Positions 56,618 to 64,000 of a DNA stretch of 64,000 nucleotides are shown here, in pieces. Made by a program: the position numbers and the translations under genes. The stretch lies in IMG/VR virus record IMGVR_UViG_3300042566_001780, positions 186,001-250,000 of that record; one strand, written 5' to 3'. A model generated the notes under the pieces. That model worked only from the letters and a program-made list of their open reading frames with translations. It was not told where the DNA came from and made no database searches. Within the stretch, counting starts at the first letter, position 1; each line of letters starts with the position of its first letter.

Positions 56618-56930
56618 ATCGGTGAAATTTGGCTATGTTGGCTACCAAGACATGCAATTTGGTCTGCAGGTGTCATTCACCGGAAAAGACGGCTGGGGAG
56701 TTTCGGCCACCATCGCAAATGCTTGGTCTTTGGACATGGAATGCCCGTATAATCATGCATGGACTGAAGACGACCGGGATTCTGGTTTCGCAAAGACTAT
56801 GCGCAAAATCAACCAAGTTATGAATGATGCTAAGGTGACTGACATCTATCAACTGAAGGGTGTTCCAGTTGAAGTGATCTTCGAAGGAAGCGTGTTGAAG
56901 GATTGGAGAATTTTGACTGAAGTTTTGTGA
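56592..56930 (+). CDS. Conserved phage hypothetical protein
   Basis: LGKIESVKFGYVGYQDMQFGL...GVPVEVIFEG..LKDWRILTEVL. Confidence 0.65.
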   Translation: MEKLLGKIESVKFGYVGYQDMQFGLQVSFTGKDGWGVSATIANAWSLDMECPYNHAWTEDDRDSGFAKTMRKINQVMNDAKVTDIYQLKGVPVEVIFEGSVLKDWRILTEVL

Positions 56931-56940
56931 AAAGCTCCAA

Positions 56941-56955
56941 AAACAGTGTACAATT
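56941..56955 (+). promoter_or_regulatory. Early-promoter-like motif AAACAGTGTACAATT
   Basis: Motif shared with 49902 and 60731. Confidence 0.6.
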
Positions 56956-56956
56956 G

Positions 56957-56997
56957 AACCTAAGATGAAAACATAAGCAGATCATCTTAGGTTTTTT
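56957..56997 (+). terminator. 12-bp hairpin plus T tract immediately after the promoter
   Basis: AACCTAAGATGA / TCATCTTAGGTT, then TTTT. Confidence 0.6.
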
Positions 56998-57002
56998 ACT
57001 AT

Positions 57003-57222
57003 TTGGAACTTTGATCATGACTCGGCATTTTAATAACCAGGACTTTTTCAAAGGGTTTAGCGCTGTGAAGCCAAGCATGGTTGATGATCTACTCATTTTG
57101 CCTAGCAAATTATCACAGGATGATTGCGGTGAGCAAAAAATACAAGTGAAAATCCTGAAAGCTAGATCTGCTGACAATCAACGCGTTTCTTTTCAACTTA
57201 CTTGGAACTTTGATCATGACTC
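57003..57222 (+). repeat. 21-bp direct repeat TTGGAACTTTGATCATGACTC at 57003-57023 and 57202-57222
   Basis: Exact match; each copy holds an RBS-like GGA and an ATG. Confidence 0.9.
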
Positions 57223-57226
57223 TTGA
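57017..57226 (+). CDS. Hypothetical protein between the direct repeats
   Basis: ATG in the first repeat; stop just after the second. Confidence 0.4.
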   Translation: MTRHFNNQDFFKGFSAVKPSMVDDLLILPSKLSQDDCGEQKIQVKILKARSADNQRVSFQLTWNFDHDS

Positions 57227-57455
57227 AACTATTCGTACCAATCTCATCAAGACCATTGAGGGCAAACAGCTCTATCTTGATGAAGTCATCAAAGCTCGGC
57301 AACAAGCAAATGGCACTCTTGATGCAGTGTTTTTTGCTCAAGAAGAATTCCTGAAGATCAATATTGCCGAGCTCAATGCCATCCTTGATGATGTTGAAAA
57401 GCTCATTCAACCGACAGCTCCATTTACTGGTGAAATCTTTCATCATCCGGTGTAA
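57216..57455 (+). CDS. Hypothetical coiled-coil protein
   Basis: ATG in the second repeat. Confidence 0.6.
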   Translation: MTLETIRTNLIKTIEGKQLYLDEVIKARQQANGTLDAVFFAQEEFLKINIAELNAILDDVEKLIQPTAPFTGEIFHHPV

Positions 57456-57457
57456 TC

Positions 57458-57691
57458 ATGGTTGAATGGGGCAAAATGTTCTTGCAACTCGTGGTGCAAG
57501 AGAAAAGTAGCAATGATTATCGTGCTTTCTTGACCTGGCGCGATGTCGATAGTGATGGCATTTTTGAATTGCGGGGCTATGGCAAAGATGGTGCCTTGGC
57601 TGCAGCCGATGCATGGCACAAATTTGTGACTGATGCCGAATTTCATAGCTACTGGTCAGGTCATTATTTGGAGCAGAAATCTCATGGTTGA
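57458..57691 (+). CDS. Hypothetical protein
   Basis: Operon position. Confidence 0.55.
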   Translation: MVEWGKMFLQLVVQEKSSNDYRAFLTWRDVDSDGIFELRGYGKDGALAAADAWHKFVTDAEFHSYWSGHYLEQKSHG

Positions 57692-57896
57692 TCATTTGAC
57701 AGTCATTCTCTATTTGTGGACCTCTGTTGTTGCAGCTGGGACCGCTTCTTCACTCAAAGTCGAGAAAGACTGGCGCCCAATTGGCGAGTATCATTCGTGG
57801 CAACGTGGTGGTCCTAGTGGAATGACACTATGTGAAAACGCGGCAAAGCAACTTGGTCTTGAGAAGACGCGTTATCGTTGCGTTATTTCAAAATGA
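57684..57896 (+). CDS. Small exported or membrane protein
   Basis: Hydrophobic N-terminus; C..AA..LG motif. Confidence 0.5.
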   Translation: MVDHLTVILYLWTSVVAAGTASSLKVEKDWRPIGEYHSWQRGGPSGMTLCENAAKQLGLEKTRYRCVISK

Positions 57897-58150
57897 TTTC
57901 GAAAACTACTCGCCTTACTATTGCAAACATCTGCTATGCAAATGTGGCAGGTCAATTTGCATTGTTCAGCAACCCAAAGTTCCGTGGACCAAACTTCACA
58001 TGGAAAGAATTTCCAGCCATGTGTGAGAAGCAAGCGGATATTTGGATGATCCTCAACAGTGTACGTGGTAACAAAGAAGAAATCAATAGTGTTGCTCGTC
58101 AAGTGGCAAAAGAAATTGCTACTACTTTGGTGTGGCATTTGGAGAAATGA
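57893..58150 (+). CDS. Hypothetical protein
   Basis: ATGA coupling. Confidence 0.5.
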   Translation: MISKTTRLTIANICYANVAGQFALFSNPKFRGPNFTWKEFPAMCEKQADIWMILNSVRGNKEEINSVARQVAKEIATTLVWHLEK

Positions 58151-58515
58151 AAATGGTACGAAAAGTGAAGCTCATTGATAGAAACACGATGCTGGACTAC
58201 AATGATGTAGACTACCATCATGATATGTTTATGGCTCTAGAGCGAGCCTCAAAACTGGGATGGACCTTTTCATGTCGTGATAATCATGTTCGAATTGACA
58301 GGCATGACGGCGCTAGGAAAACGGAAATACCATGGAGCCTTGCATATGCAGTCTCGATCTATGGAGAAAATGATTTCGATGCTCCTATTGAAGATCTCGA
58401 GCGTGCTATTGATTTCTGCGAACATGAGCGTCAAGAGGCAATCATTAAGACGCAAAAAATTAATGCTGCTTTGGCCAAATTGACTGATGAAGAAAAGAAA
58501 CTTTTAAAATTGTGA
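58147..58515 (+). CDS. Hypothetical protein
   Basis: GGAG RBS; C-terminal ALAKLTDEEKKLL. Confidence 0.6.
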   Translation: MKMVRKVKLIDRNTMLDYNDVDYHHDMFMALERASKLGWTFSCRDNHVRIDRHDGARKTEIPWSLAYAVSIYGENDFDAPIEDLERAIDFCEHERQEAIIKTQKINAALAKLTDEEKKLLKL

Positions 58516-58523
58516 AGGAAATT

Positions 58524-58964
58524 ATGTCTAAGAAAATTGCATTCTATGTGAATTTTGCTGTTAAGCAATCTGTGCTTAACTACATTGCCGAAAGCATGAT
58601 TGAAACTCTTCTTGACGAAATTGACGATTTCTATGATGAAGACTTCTTAAAATTTGCCAACATAGATCTAGATGAGCTCGCAACCTCAATTGCTAATTTT
58701 GAACCGTTTCAAACGGCCTTCAAAAAAGAAATTGAAGATCTTGGAACGTGGGCTGTTGATGATCCCCATTGGATTTGGGGCCACAAAATTCTCAAACATC
58801 CTGAATGGAAAAAGATTGTAAGCCATATCAAATTTATGGATAAAATCTATCAGGATATCGAGAAATCAGAAAATAGCAAAAACGAAAAGCAGAAAGCCGT
58901 TGATTCTGCTATTGATCTTTTGCAAAAATCTGGGTACACTGTTCTTAAGCAACCTAATTTTTGA
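58524..58964 (+). CDS. Hypothetical acidic protein
   Basis: AGGA RBS. Confidence 0.6.
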   Translation: MSKKIAFYVNFAVKQSVLNYIAESMIETLLDEIDDFYDEDFLKFANIDLDELATSIANFEPFQTAFKKEIEDLGTWAVDDPHWIWGHKILKHPEWKKIVSHIKFMDKIYQDIEKSENSKNEKQKAVDSAIDLLQKSGYTVLKQPNF

Positions 58965-58966
58965 AA

Positions 58967-59167
58967 ATGAGCTGGAACAACGTAATCCCATGGTTCATCT
59001 ATGAAATGCGTCGAGAGAAAGATGAAGCTATGATGTTAGGCGCAACTGCCGAAGAACTTAACTCTGGTTGGGTTCGAAGTTGTCCAAAGCAATTCATTCA
59101 AATGGATCTTAGTTTCAGCCGAAGAGAAGATCGAAAGCTCTATAGTTTGGGCGTGCAAATTTTTTGA
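58967..59167 (+). CDS. Hypothetical protein
   Basis: Operon position. Confidence 0.45.
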   Translation: MSWNNVIPWFIYEMRREKDEAMMLGATAEELNSGWVRSCPKQFIQMDLSFSRREDRKLYSLGVQIF

Positions 59168-59198
59168 TGGCATTGTGGTTTTCATGATGATTTTAGGT

Positions 59199-59204
59199 TA
59201 GAAT
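59199..59204 (+). promoter_or_regulatory. -10-like TAGAAT enclosed by TGATGA/TCATCA
   Basis: Intergenic, upstream of 59235. Confidence 0.45.
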
Positions 59205-59234
59205 AGCTTCATCACCAAAACAAACTTAAACATC

Positions 59235-59843
59235 ATGAACCACTTTGCAAAATTTGAAAAAGCCCATCAAGAAGCTCTGGCGATGATCCAGTCTTGTCTT
59301 GACAATGTTGATGAACCTGAGCTGCAGGCAATCACTAAGTACTTGCTTGAGACTGATGCAAATCCGTATAGCTTCTTGCCTGATGGTTGGGCGGGTTGTA
59401 TGACGACGTCTACCGGTTTCCAAAGTCTTCTTCATATGATTCATCATGCACTGTATGATGACGGTGACATTAGCTTTCCGATCGTTAACGGCGAACCTCG
59501 TATGTCCTTCGTTTGGAAAAATGAAGAGAACTATGCAAATGAGGTTCTTAATTCGACTGAAAAAGATTTTCAAAAACGGCGAGGAAATGTCTATGAAGTT
59601 GAGCAATGCAAAGACATTTTTGACTTCATTGAAAAGCACAAAGAATACCATCGAAAAGACGTGAAGCGCTTTTTCATTATGGACGCAGTTATGCATGGTT
59701 GGGAATATTCTGTTGAACACAATTCCAAATACGCCAACTTCGATCCTGACTGGGAATTTGATGAAGAAGTGATTGCTGAAGTTGAGAAGAAGAAAGCATT
59801 GCGTGAAAAGATGGGTCTTGCTCTGAAAGGCCATTCCAAATGA
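59235..59843 (+). CDS. Hypothetical protein
   Basis: 202-aa ORF. Confidence 0.65.
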   Translation: MNHFAKFEKAHQEALAMIQSCLDNVDEPELQAITKYLLETDANPYSFLPDGWAGCMTTSTGFQSLLHMIHHALYDDGDISFPIVNGEPRMSFVWKNEENYANEVLNSTEKDFQKRRGNVYEVEQCKDIFDFIEKHKEYHRKDVKRFFIMDAVMHGWEYSVEHNSKYANFDPDWEFDEEVIAEVEKKKALREKMGLALKGHSK

Positions 59844-59983
59844 TGACACTTCAGTTGGTTTTGCTAGTACTCAACTCAATTGTCAGCTACAAGTGTTTTG
59901 TGAATGAATCTAGCTTTTGGGGTTGGGCAAATCTCGTAGCAAGTGCAAACATGTTTGCAAACATCATGGCCAAATTGGTCTGA
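59840..59983 (+). CDS. 47-aa membrane peptide missed by the ORF track
   Basis: MMTLQLVLLVLNSIVSYKC...; ATGA coupling. Confidence 0.5.
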   Translation: MMTLQLVLLVLNSIVSYKCFVNESSFWGWANLVASANMFANIMAKLV

Positions 59984-59987
59984 AATC

Positions 59988-60557
59988 ATGCCAAAAATTC
60001 AAAACATTTCGAAGGCTGCAGCAAAATCCGGCAGCCATTTTTTCACTGGTGATAATTCCATACTGATCCAGATTGTGGATCCGGCCACCGAGTTTCCAGT
60101 TCCTGCCCAAAAATTTCAAGAGATTCATCAATTTGAATTTCTGGATGTTGAAGATGACGGGGTCACAAACTTTGGTGATGGGCGTATGGTGGACATGAGT
60201 GAGTTTGCCATTACCAAAGATCAAGCAAAACAGCTCGTGCAGATTTTGCAAAGTGCAAAAGAACGAGACATGAATGTCGTCGTTCATTGTCATGCCGGGA
60301 TTTGTCGTAGCGGGGCTGTGGTTGAAGTTGGCGTCATGATGGGTTTTGACGATCCAAAAGTATTTCGCAGCCCTAATCTGCTTGTCAAGCATGAGATGAT
60401 GCGGGCACTTGGCTGGACTTATGATAGTGATGAACCTCATACCATCAACGGGCAACCTATTGCCATGGAGTGGAATTCATTTGTTGACAAAGTTTGGTTT
60501 TTGAGAGAAGCGCGTAGGCATCACAATGAATCTCAAGAACGTGAAGGAGATGTTTGA
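59988..60557 (+). CDS. CX5R protein-tyrosine/dual-specificity phosphatase-like protein
   Basis: VVVHCHAGICRSGAV; FEFLD general-acid loop. Confidence 0.8.
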   Translation: MPKIQNISKAAAKSGSHFFTGDNSILIQIVDPATEFPVPAQKFQEIHQFEFLDVEDDGVTNFGDGRMVDMSEFAITKDQAKQLVQILQSAKERDMNVVVHCHAGICRSGAVVEVGVMMGFDDPKVFRSPNLLVKHEMMRALGWTYDSDEPHTINGQPIAMEWNSFVDKVWFLREARRHHNESQEREGDV

Positions 60558-60713
60558 ATGGAACTGAAATGGCTTTTCATTTTTGCCGGAGTTGTCATCA
60601 CCGCAGGTGTTTCGGGTGAAGCTTTCATGCAATGGCAGGAACAGAAGTGCGTTGTTGAAGCTACCAAAAATTCTTCCTTTTCAGCAGATGAAATTATGAA
60701 AATGTGCAAGTGA
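60558..60713 (+). CDS. 51-aa membrane peptide missed by the ORF track
   Basis: MELKWLFIFAGVVITAG...C...C K. Confidence 0.55.
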   Translation: MELKWLFIFAGVVITAGVSGEAFMQWQEQKCVVEATKNSSFSADEIMKMCK

Positions 60714-60730
60714 TTTTGGGTTGAGTGCAA

Positions 60731-60746
60731 AAAGCAGTGTATAATT
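60731..60746 (+). promoter_or_regulatory. Early-promoter-like motif AAAGCAGTGTATAATT within a 10-bp inverted repeat
   Basis: Arms GGTTGAGTGC (60719-60728) and GCACTCAACC (60755-60764). Confidence 0.65.
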
Positions 60747-60777
60747 CATTTAACGCACTCAACCTTGGATCTAAATC

Positions 60778-61128
60778 ATGAGCATGAACATTCTGATTAC
60801 TGCTAGTCGCAAGATCACCTTCAAAAAGAAGGACGGAAAACGTAGCGGTAGTGTTCAAAACATCAAGTTTGATGAGATTCAAACCCCAACAGTAATCACT
60901 CGTCAAATCCTGGCCAGCAAAGATCCGGTTAAAGCCTACAAGGATTATGTTGCTACTTTGAGTCATGTCGAAAAAGTTGCGGTCTATGAAAAAGATGATC
61001 TTTTTGAAGAAGGCCCGGTCCTCTTCTATGAAGATTTTGATTGGACAAAAGATCATCTTGAAAAATTTGATCTGTGGATTGAGTTCTGCAATCAAGAAGG
61101 ATTCACTGTCAAATTTGAAGAAATGTGA
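60778..61128 (+). CDS. Hypothetical protein
   Basis: QTPTVIT..IL...DP..AY motif. Confidence 0.6.
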   Translation: MSMNILITASRKITFKKKDGKRSGSVQNIKFDEIQTPTVITRQILASKDPVKAYKDYVATLSHVEKVAVYEKDDLFEEGPVLFYEDFDWTKDHLEKFDLWIEFCNQEGFTVKFEEM

Positions 61129-61136
61129 GAACCAAA

Positions 61137-61325
61137 ATGGACATTATTGAAGCATTCATTGAGACTATCATTGCCATTATGTGGCTTGCATTCGGGATTG
61201 GATTTGCAGGATGTATGCTTTTTGCAATCTTCTGTTTCACTCAGGGCAGTTTGCTGTACGGGTTTTCTTCACTGGTTGCCTCGGTTATTTTTGGCACTTT
61301 CTCAACTTACCTTTTTCACAAATGA
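61137..61325 (+). CDS. Small two-TM membrane protein
   Basis: Hydrophobic throughout. Confidence 0.55.
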   Translation: MDIIEAFIETIIAIMWLAFGIGFAGCMLFAIFCFTQGSLLYGFSSLVASVIFGTFSTYLFHK

Positions 61326-61564
61326 GCACTTATCAAGAATGCCTTTTTGCAGGCAAAGAAGTTATCGTTGTATCGATGGTCAGCAAAGGAAATCGCATCC
61401 ATTCCTCTGTGAAGCCGTACATTGGGCATGTTGGAATCGTTGAACGAGAAGCAAAGAATGGCATGCTTCTCGTCAAGTTCACCTATTCTTGGTGTCATTA
61501 CGATCATTACCGTGCTATCCCTGCAGGATGTGTTAAAATTCTCGAAACTGTGAAATTTGCTTAA
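61322..61564 (+). CDS. Small SH3/KOW-like hypothetical protein
   Basis: YIGHVGIV...LLVKF...AIP..CV. Confidence 0.5.
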   Translation: MSTYQECLFAGKEVIVVSMVSKGNRIHSSVKPYIGHVGIVEREAKNGMLLVKFTYSWCHYDHYRAIPAGCVKILETVKFA

Positions 61565-61581
61565 CTTTAGGATTTTCAAAA

Positions 61582-62343
61582 ATGGAACAAGACCAAATCG
61601 ACCAACAAATTTCTGAAACTGCTCGCGGCAGTCTTCCCAAGTGGCCGCAAATGATTGTGAGTGGTGAGAAGGTTACTGAAGAACAAGCATTTGAAATCAT
61701 CTTTCGTACTGATGAATTTTTGACCTCTGCTCATAGTTACAGTGGTGGCAACAATCGCCAATTCAATGAGTGGTACCGTGAGGCCGCTGATTTGAACAAA
61801 CTTCAAGTCACCCGGAAGTACCCAGAGGGACATGAATACAAAGACGTTGATTGGCACCTTCAAGAAAAGCTTCGTGAAGCCCTGAAGGTCATTTCGACTG
61901 AGTATGTCCATAACACTTGGGCCAGCAGTTCTTTCATCTTTGGTCCTCATGGTTGGTGTCATCCTGATGGTGCTATTAGCTACACTGACAATGTTGGGAA
62001 ATGGCCATCTATTCGCGAAGTCTACAACGACTGGGAAAAGCTGGCAAAAGCGTTTCCATTTCTTGATGTTCATGTGACTCTCATGAGTGGTGAGCAATCT
62101 GAAGATGTGAGTCAAGCAGTCATTAATTTCCACGTTCATGATGGTGTGGCTGACATCTGCTCCCCAGATGAAAGTGTCCACAATGTAGCATCTCGGGATT
62201 TTTCTGATTCTGGGCTGATGTCTTCTTTTCTGACACGAAGTGAACAAGGTCTTCCTTTCTCTTGGTGTGGTCGTGCAGCAGATCTGGTCAAAGACCAGGT
62301 TCAAAAAATTTTGGAAAATCATGTCGAAGAAATCGCTGATTGA
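61582..62343 (+). CDS. Conserved-looking hypothetical protein
   Basis: LPKWPQMIV.G..V; GPHGWCHPDG; NVGKWPS. Confidence 0.65.
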   Translation: MEQDQIDQQISETARGSLPKWPQMIVSGEKVTEEQAFEIIFRTDEFLTSAHSYSGGNNRQFNEWYREAADLNKLQVTRKYPEGHEYKDVDWHLQEKLREALKVISTEYVHNTWASSSFIFGPHGWCHPDGAISYTDNVGKWPSIREVYNDWEKLAKAFPFLDVHVTLMSGEQSEDVSQAVINFHVHDGVADICSPDESVHNVASRDFSDSGLMSSFLTRSEQGLPFSWCGRAADLVKDQVQKILENHVEEIAD

Positions 62344-62860
62344 AAAACTGGAGTGGTTCTTGGAAAGAACAAGAACCACTCCTATTATGTCCATCTTCAC
62401 GTCTCCGGAGATGATTGCTCTTCTGGAAGAAACGATTGGGCATTTAAAGAGGACACCTAGTGTAGAAATTGAGTTGCCTGAAGGTGATGAGAGACTAGCT
62501 AAGGTTCGCTTCACTAAATGGGATGTAGACACTAAGCATCTTCATGTTTGTCTTTCAGTTTCTGAAATTGCATCTAGATTGAATGACTCATTGGACGTAG
62601 AGCCCTCGGCTTGGGCGTGCTGGTCTGATCAACAAGACCCAACCAAAGACAAACCTGGAATCACGTCTTTTGAGCCAATGGCGTATGCAAAAAGGCTGCC
62701 ACTTTTTTCTTTTGCGCAAATTGGAAAAATTGAACTTTCTATGGTACAATTCATCCAAGATGTTGCACAGCAGAAACCAGAAAAGCCAGATTATTGGTCA
62801 GCTTGTGGTCAATGCGAAAGAAACATCTCACGCGCTGAAGATCTAATTCAAGGAAAATGA
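62321..62860 (+). CDS. Hypothetical protein
   Basis: Ends with PDYWSACGQC (Zn-ribbon-like). Confidence 0.55.
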   Translation: MSKKSLIEKLEWFLERTRTTPIMSIFTSPEMIALLEETIGHLKRTPSVEIELPEGDERLAKVRFTKWDVDTKHLHVCLSVSEIASRLNDSLDVEPSAWACWSDQQDPTKDKPGITSFEPMAYAKRLPLFSFAQIGKIELSMVQFIQDVAQQKPEKPDYWSACGQCERNISRAEDLIQGK

Positions 62861-63150
62861 AAATGGCTGTTTCTACCAAAGTTCTGATTGATCTCGTCCA
62901 TCATTTTGACGACGATAGTCGTACTGTGTTCATTGATGGTGAAGACACCGGCATCAAATTTGACAGTTCTCTTGGTGTTCATCTTCATGGAATAATGATT
63001 GGACATTTGAGCAGCCGTGATAAAACTTGGGTCTTTGAATCGCTGGATGCTGAAAAGTTTGATAGCGGAATTTTGGTGAATGATTACCATTGGAAGAATT
63101 TGGAATTTGCTGAAATGAAGGTGGCAGAATTCATCCATGCGAAAGGTTGA
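62857..63150 (+). CDS. Hypothetical protein
   Basis: AGGA RBS; ATGA coupling. Confidence 0.55.
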   Translation: MKMAVSTKVLIDLVHHFDDDSRTVFIDGEDTGIKFDSSLGVHLHGIMIGHLSSRDKTWVFESLDAEKFDSGILVNDYHWKNLEFAEMKVAEFIHAKG

Positions 63151-63155
63151 AAATC

Positions 63156-63341
63156 ATGATTGAAACCAATTTGAAAGTGTTGCTGTCCTATTTTGTTGAT
63201 GGCACTGAGTTGTCTCAGGATCAGATGCAAATGCTAGTTGATGCCCAATTTGTGACATTTTGCCCTGAGGTCATTAAGGGGAAGAAATTCAACGGTTTTG
63301 AATTGACTCAAGCTGGTCGAATTGCATTGGTGTCAAAATGA
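63156..63341 (+). CDS. Small winged-helix-like hypothetical protein
   Basis: GFELTQAGRIAL. Confidence 0.45.
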   Translation: MIETNLKVLLSYFVDGTELSQDQMQMLVDAQFVTFCPEVIKGKKFNGFELTQAGRIALVSK

Positions 63342-64000
63342 GTCAACCTAGAGCTTTGCAACTTGCAAATTGGCTTCAGCATCGAGCCATGGGTGGAATT
63401 ACACCAAAAGATATTGAAGCATCTGAAGAACTGCGCCGACAGCATGCTGAAATCGAGAGGCTGAATCAGTTGCTCTCAATTGAGCAAGGTAAAACGCATC
63501 AGTGGAAAGTGCTAGCTGAGTCGCAAAATGCTCAAATTAGCATGAAGACGCCAGATGCTTGTCGCGAATGGTTGAAAGAGCATCAATGGTCCAGCGGCAA
63601 TTACAATCAAGAAGGAGATTGGGAAAGTGATTGCCCAGAATGTGGTGGTTGGAAAAGCCAGGGCCATACCAAAGAGTGTAAGATTACTGCTATGCTTTCA
63701 GAAGAACCACAGACTGTCACTGGCATAATGTCTTTGCAACATCGCGTTAGAGTGCATCTAGCTAATCGGTATTCTTACTCCCACCGAGAGTTTTGTGAAA
63801 AGCTTGAAGAAATCTTGCATGAGAATGTTTCAATGAACCAGTTGCAGCTGCCAATTGCTGCTTCACCTACCGTAATACACCAATGGCGAAAGCCGCATTG
63901 CTTTGACTGGCATGATGGACACCCAGATATCACTGACGGGGGAGGACCATATGAGACCCGGGTTTTGTTCACGAGCCCAGTTTACGTCGCAGAGTTGTTA
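63338..64000 (+). CDS. Hypothetical protein, truncated at the window edge; missed by the ORF track
   Basis: MSQPRALQLANWL...EELRRQHAEIERL...CPECGG; open to the end. Confidence 0.6.
   Translation, partial: MSQPRALQLANWLQHRAMGGITPKDIEASEELRRQHAEIERLNQLLSIEQGKTHQWKVLAESQNAQISMKTPDACREWLKEHQWSSGNYNQEGDWESDCPECGGWKSQGHTKECKITAMLSEEPQTVTGIMSLQHRVRVHLANRYSYSHREFCEKLEEILHENVSMNQLQLPIAASPTVIHQWRKPHCFDWHDGHPDITDGGGPYETRVLFTSPVYVAELL

Noticed and set aside
61576-62532. 318-aa minus-strand ORF, plus 59226..59849, 50703..51278 and similar
   Set aside because: Antisense to well-formed, coupled plus-strand operon genes.
1-64000. Stop-codon reassignment (alternative genetic code)
   Set aside because: Code-11 ORFs are full length and tightly coupled, and TAA, TAG and TGA all end recognisable genes.
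1-64000. Giant eukaryotic virus origin (suggested by the collagens, GTs and LRRs)
   Set aside because: T4-like tube and gp4, Shine-Dalgarno sites, ATGA coupling and intrinsic terminators point to a bacteriophage.
1-64000. tRNA or rRNA genes
   Set aside because: No cloverleaf or rRNA-like segment was recognised in the short intergenic regions. tRNAscan would confirm.

Overview
This AT-rich 64-kb window comes from a large T4-like (probably jumbo) myophage genome, read in standard code 11. No tRNA, rRNA, CRISPR array or reverse transcriptase is visible. Bases 1-46.8 kb are mainly late or virion genes, many preceded by a [C/A/T]TAAATA(G) late-promoter box. They include a gp19-like tail tube, a tube-like paralog, gp4 head completion, a putative small terminase, free-standing endonucleases, a solo TnpB IS200/IS605-type element with both ends, and two tandem holin-T-like genes. 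Several enzyme-like genes (kinase, GNAT, nucleotidyltransferase, PcfJ fusion, two LRR proteins) start with a prohead-protease-like L/I-x-E leader. A ~30-kb fibre/adhesin locus holds Thr-rich collagen-like fibres, five tandem LamG genes and three fibre-chaperone pairs. A 1105-aa GT4-GT2-GT2-FkbM gene sits inverted inside that locus. Bases 46.9-64 kb are plus-strand early or middle genes: a thymidylate-synthase-fold enzyme with the dCMP-type Asp, a DinG helicase, an AAA ATPase, two NMP kinases, an NDT-like protein, YqeY, a CX5R phosphatase and many small hypotheticals. Leading hypotheses, all inference from motifs: (1) a phage-encoded system that glycosylates and methyl-caps Pro-poor, Thr-rich collagen fibres; (2) a set of capsid-packaged, injected modifying enzymes; (3) a modified-cytosine pathway; (4) a TnpB controlled like a late homing endonuclease.
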